Shown here: positions 62,033 to 64,000 of the stretch, piece by piece | Position numbering within the stretch: position 1 is the first letter of the stretch | How the letters are laid out: each line of letters begins with the position of its first letter | Source: Promethearchaeota archaeon | Lineage (GTDB): Archaea > Asgardarchaeota > Lokiarchaeia > Sigyniarchaeales > SOKP01 | Assembly (NCBI GenBank): GCA_016839555.1 | Contig: JAEOUA010000006.1 | Location: forward strand, 288,001 to 352,000 | Length of the DNA stretch: 64,000 nt | Direction of reading: 5' to 3' | Notes under the pieces: model-generated | Databases searched by the model: none | What the model was told of the DNA's origin: nothing | The model's input: only the letters and a program-made list of their open reading frames with translations | Program-made: the position numbers and the translations under genes

Positions 62033-62905
62033 TTAAATACTGGCAAACACGAACGCGATTAATCCTAAGAATGCCCCTATTTTTAACAATAAGCTAATCC
62101 TTTTGAACTCTTTTCGTTCTAATTTACTAATTATAGACAAAATAATTGCCACGGAGACGCCAACAAGACCAAAAATCATAGAAATAAGAAATGCCAGAGG
62201 ATTAATAATATCTGTAAAAATTGGAAGAATAAAAAATATAATGGCAAAAATATCGAATATTATTGAAATGATCAATGCCTTCTTTATTCCAAGTTTTATT
62301 GCTAAAGTTTTTACTCCTTCTAGTTTATCGCCTTCAATATCTTCACATCCTTTTACCACTTCTCTCGCTAATAAGAGAAAAAAAGCTGTGAGAAAGAAGA
62401 AATAAATATAGAGTGGAATAGAAATTCCATTTAAAATAGCTCCGTAGATTAATCCAATAGAAAAAGATACACTGACTATTATATTTCCTAATAATCCGCT
62501 TTTTTTACCCCATTTAGCGTATACAAACCCTATAAAGCCAAAAAACGCGGCAATAATTACATTAATAAAATATAGCTCTATTATAAGACTATGAATGATG
62601 GATATAGCAATACCGATACCTAAAGTAATTCCAAATAAATATTTCGCTTCTTTTAATGAGATGGCTCCTCGGGGGATTGGTCGTTCAGGTCGGTTAATTC
62701 GGTCAATTTCAACATCGTATATGTCATTAATAATCATCCCAGAAGAAGCAACAAAGAAATAGGTTAATATCCCCAATATAATGTTTATAATTAAATCATT
62801 TAAAGGGATGCCCGTTCTGGTATTTAAAATTCCTATAATAACTGTCAAGCAGCCCATTAAATCATTGATGGGCCTCATTATCTCGATAGATGCTTTTAAC
62901 TTCAT
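62033..62905 (-). CDS. Digeranylgeranylglyceryl phosphate synthase (UbiA family)
   Basis: RP.N, NDIYDVEIDRINRPERPIPRG, REVVKGCEDIEGD..TL. Confidence 0.9.
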   Translation of the reverse strand: MKLKASIEIMRPINDLMGCLTVIIGILNTRTGIPLNDLIINIILGILTYFFVASSGMIINDIYDVEIDRINRPERPIPRGAISLKEAKYLFGITLGIGIAISIIHSLIIELYFINVIIAAFFGFIGFVYAKWGKKSGLLGNIIVSVSFSIGLIYGAILNGISIPLYIYFFFLTAFFLLLAREVVKGCEDIEGDKLEGVKTLAIKLGIKKALIISIIFDIFAIIFFILPIFTDIINPLAFLISMIFGLVGVSVAIILSIISKLERKEFKRISLLLKIGAFLGLIAFVFASI

Positions 62906-63160
62906 TTGAAATTTTAAAATTTTTTCTGATATATTTTATAAAATAATGAATGTTTAAAAATTATAAAAATTTTTACAATTCTCCTCTTTTTCAAAATGAT
63001 GCTCGATGAGATTATAATATGAAAGCCTTTTAAAACTTTAAATTTGATTAATTAATTTATTTTCTTTGTCTTTTATTTAAATAATATTTCAATCAGTTCA
63101 TATTTTTAGAGTTTTAAATACTATGAAAAAGAATATATATCTTAGAAAAAATAAAATAGA

Positions 63161-63298
63161 ATGATTAATTTGGGAAGAAAAACTCGAGTAAAAAGTCATA
63201 AGAGGAAGGCACATGAAAGAAGAGTATCTCCAACAAAAACCACGCACGTAAAAGCATCAAAAGTAAAATCTCATAAGCGAAAAAAAACGAAAAAATAA
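63161..63298 (+). CDS. Small very basic protein (45 aa) with two VKSHKRK repeats
   Basis: Manual translation MINLGRKTRVKSHKRKAHERRVSPTKTTHVKASKVKSHKRKKTKK*; below the ORF-track size cutoff. Confidence 0.55.
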   Translation: MINLGRKTRVKSHKRKAHERRVSPTKTTHVKASKVKSHKRKKTKK

Positions 63299-63447
63299 AT
63301 ATTTTCAAAAAAAATAATTATTAGATTTCGATAATAGCGGACCTATGCAAGGAAAAAATCGAAAATTTTTCATAATCAAGAAACTTATACATAATTATAG
63401 TTGGATTTATTTGTTTGAATTAGCTTCTTTAATTTAACAGGGGTGGT

Positions 63448-64000
63448 TTGAGAATTTTCTTTGCTTATGAATTGGAAGATAACGGTGATGTAAAAGAATT
63501 ATTTTTCCCAGAGAAGCATCTGGCACAATTCCTTAATCCAGAGAAGGTATTATTTTTAATTCGGGAAGATATAAGGAGATTATTTATTTGGAAAGGTGCG
63601 AAATCACCAGTTAAAAAGAGATTTATCAGTACAGGTGTAGCACGAGATATACAAAAAGAACTTATAAAAGATGAGCGATATCATCGATGTAAAATTATAT
63701 CTGTTGATCAAGGAGATGAAATACAAGAATTTCTTGATGTATTCAATCTTGAATCTATGAAAGTTGAAGAAAGATTAGCGGATATTAATTATATCTTTAA
63801 TAGTGAAAAGAAGAAGGATAAAAAAGAAAAAAGATATCCAGAGGATAGAGAGTATAGAATTAATGATCATTTGACTTTAAAATTAATTCGGGGAAAAACG
63901 GTTATTTTTGTTGATAATAAACCCTTTCATCAATGTAAATATCTTCTTCTCAATCTTTCTGAGAAAGATTTCCGTAAGTTTGATCATATTGATTCAATAG
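63448..64000 (+). CDS. Gelsolin-like domain protein fused to a second domain (3' end runs off the window)
   Basis: Manual translation: FLNPEKVLFLIREDIRRLFIWKGAKSPVKKRF..ARDI..KIISVDQGDEIQEFL, then YRINDHLTLKLIRGKTVIFVDNKPFHQCKYLLLN. Confidence 0.78.
   Translation, partial: MRIFFAYELEDNGDVKELFFPEKHLAQFLNPEKVLFLIREDIRRLFIWKGAKSPVKKRFISTGVARDIQKELIKDERYHRCKIISVDQGDEIQEFLDVFNLESMKVEERLADINYIFNSEKKKDKKEKRYPEDREYRINDHLTLKLIRGKTVIFVDNKPFHQCKYLLLNLSEKDFRKFDHIDSI

Noticed and set aside
1-64000. rRNA, tRNA, transposase, integrase or defence-system genes
   Set aside because: No GC-rich structured RNA stretches, terminal inverted repeats or catalytic motifs were recognised by eye. A covariance-model scan would be needed to fully exclude small RNAs.

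Overview
AT-rich, gene-dense archaeal chromosome segment, most likely from an Asgard archaeon (Lokiarchaeia/Promethearchaeota-like). The assignment is an inference from a Rab-like small GTPase, a gelsolin-domain protein and a 7-repeat FG-GAP (integrin-alpha-like) surface protein occurring together with archaeal housekeeping genes (alaS, DTD2, FtsZ, EndoQ, DGGGP synthase). The window also carries a dispersed set of F420/methanopterin biosynthesis genes (mptA, arfC, cofG, cofH, mptD, mptG, DHPS-like, DUF447, DUF1464), a feoA-feoA-feoB iron-uptake locus, a catalase and three Lrp/AsnC paralogs. I saw no rRNA, tRNA, CRISPR array or intact mobile element. Most notable observations: (1) an uncharacterised glycyl-radical-enzyme operon (GRE, activase, tandem split-barrel flavin/F420-binding protein) with a divergent wHTH-methyltransferase-fold regulator; (2) three genes that apparently start at ATT/ATA codons placed exactly 6 nt after a GGTGA Shine-Dalgarno motif, one of them a hidden catalytically degenerate Rab fused to a zinc finger; (3) a gelsolin-domain fusion protein; (4) a decayed duplicate of the cofG 3' end marking insertion of a divergent aconitase X pair between cofG and cofH. 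All family assignments come from motif recognition by eye, not from database searches.
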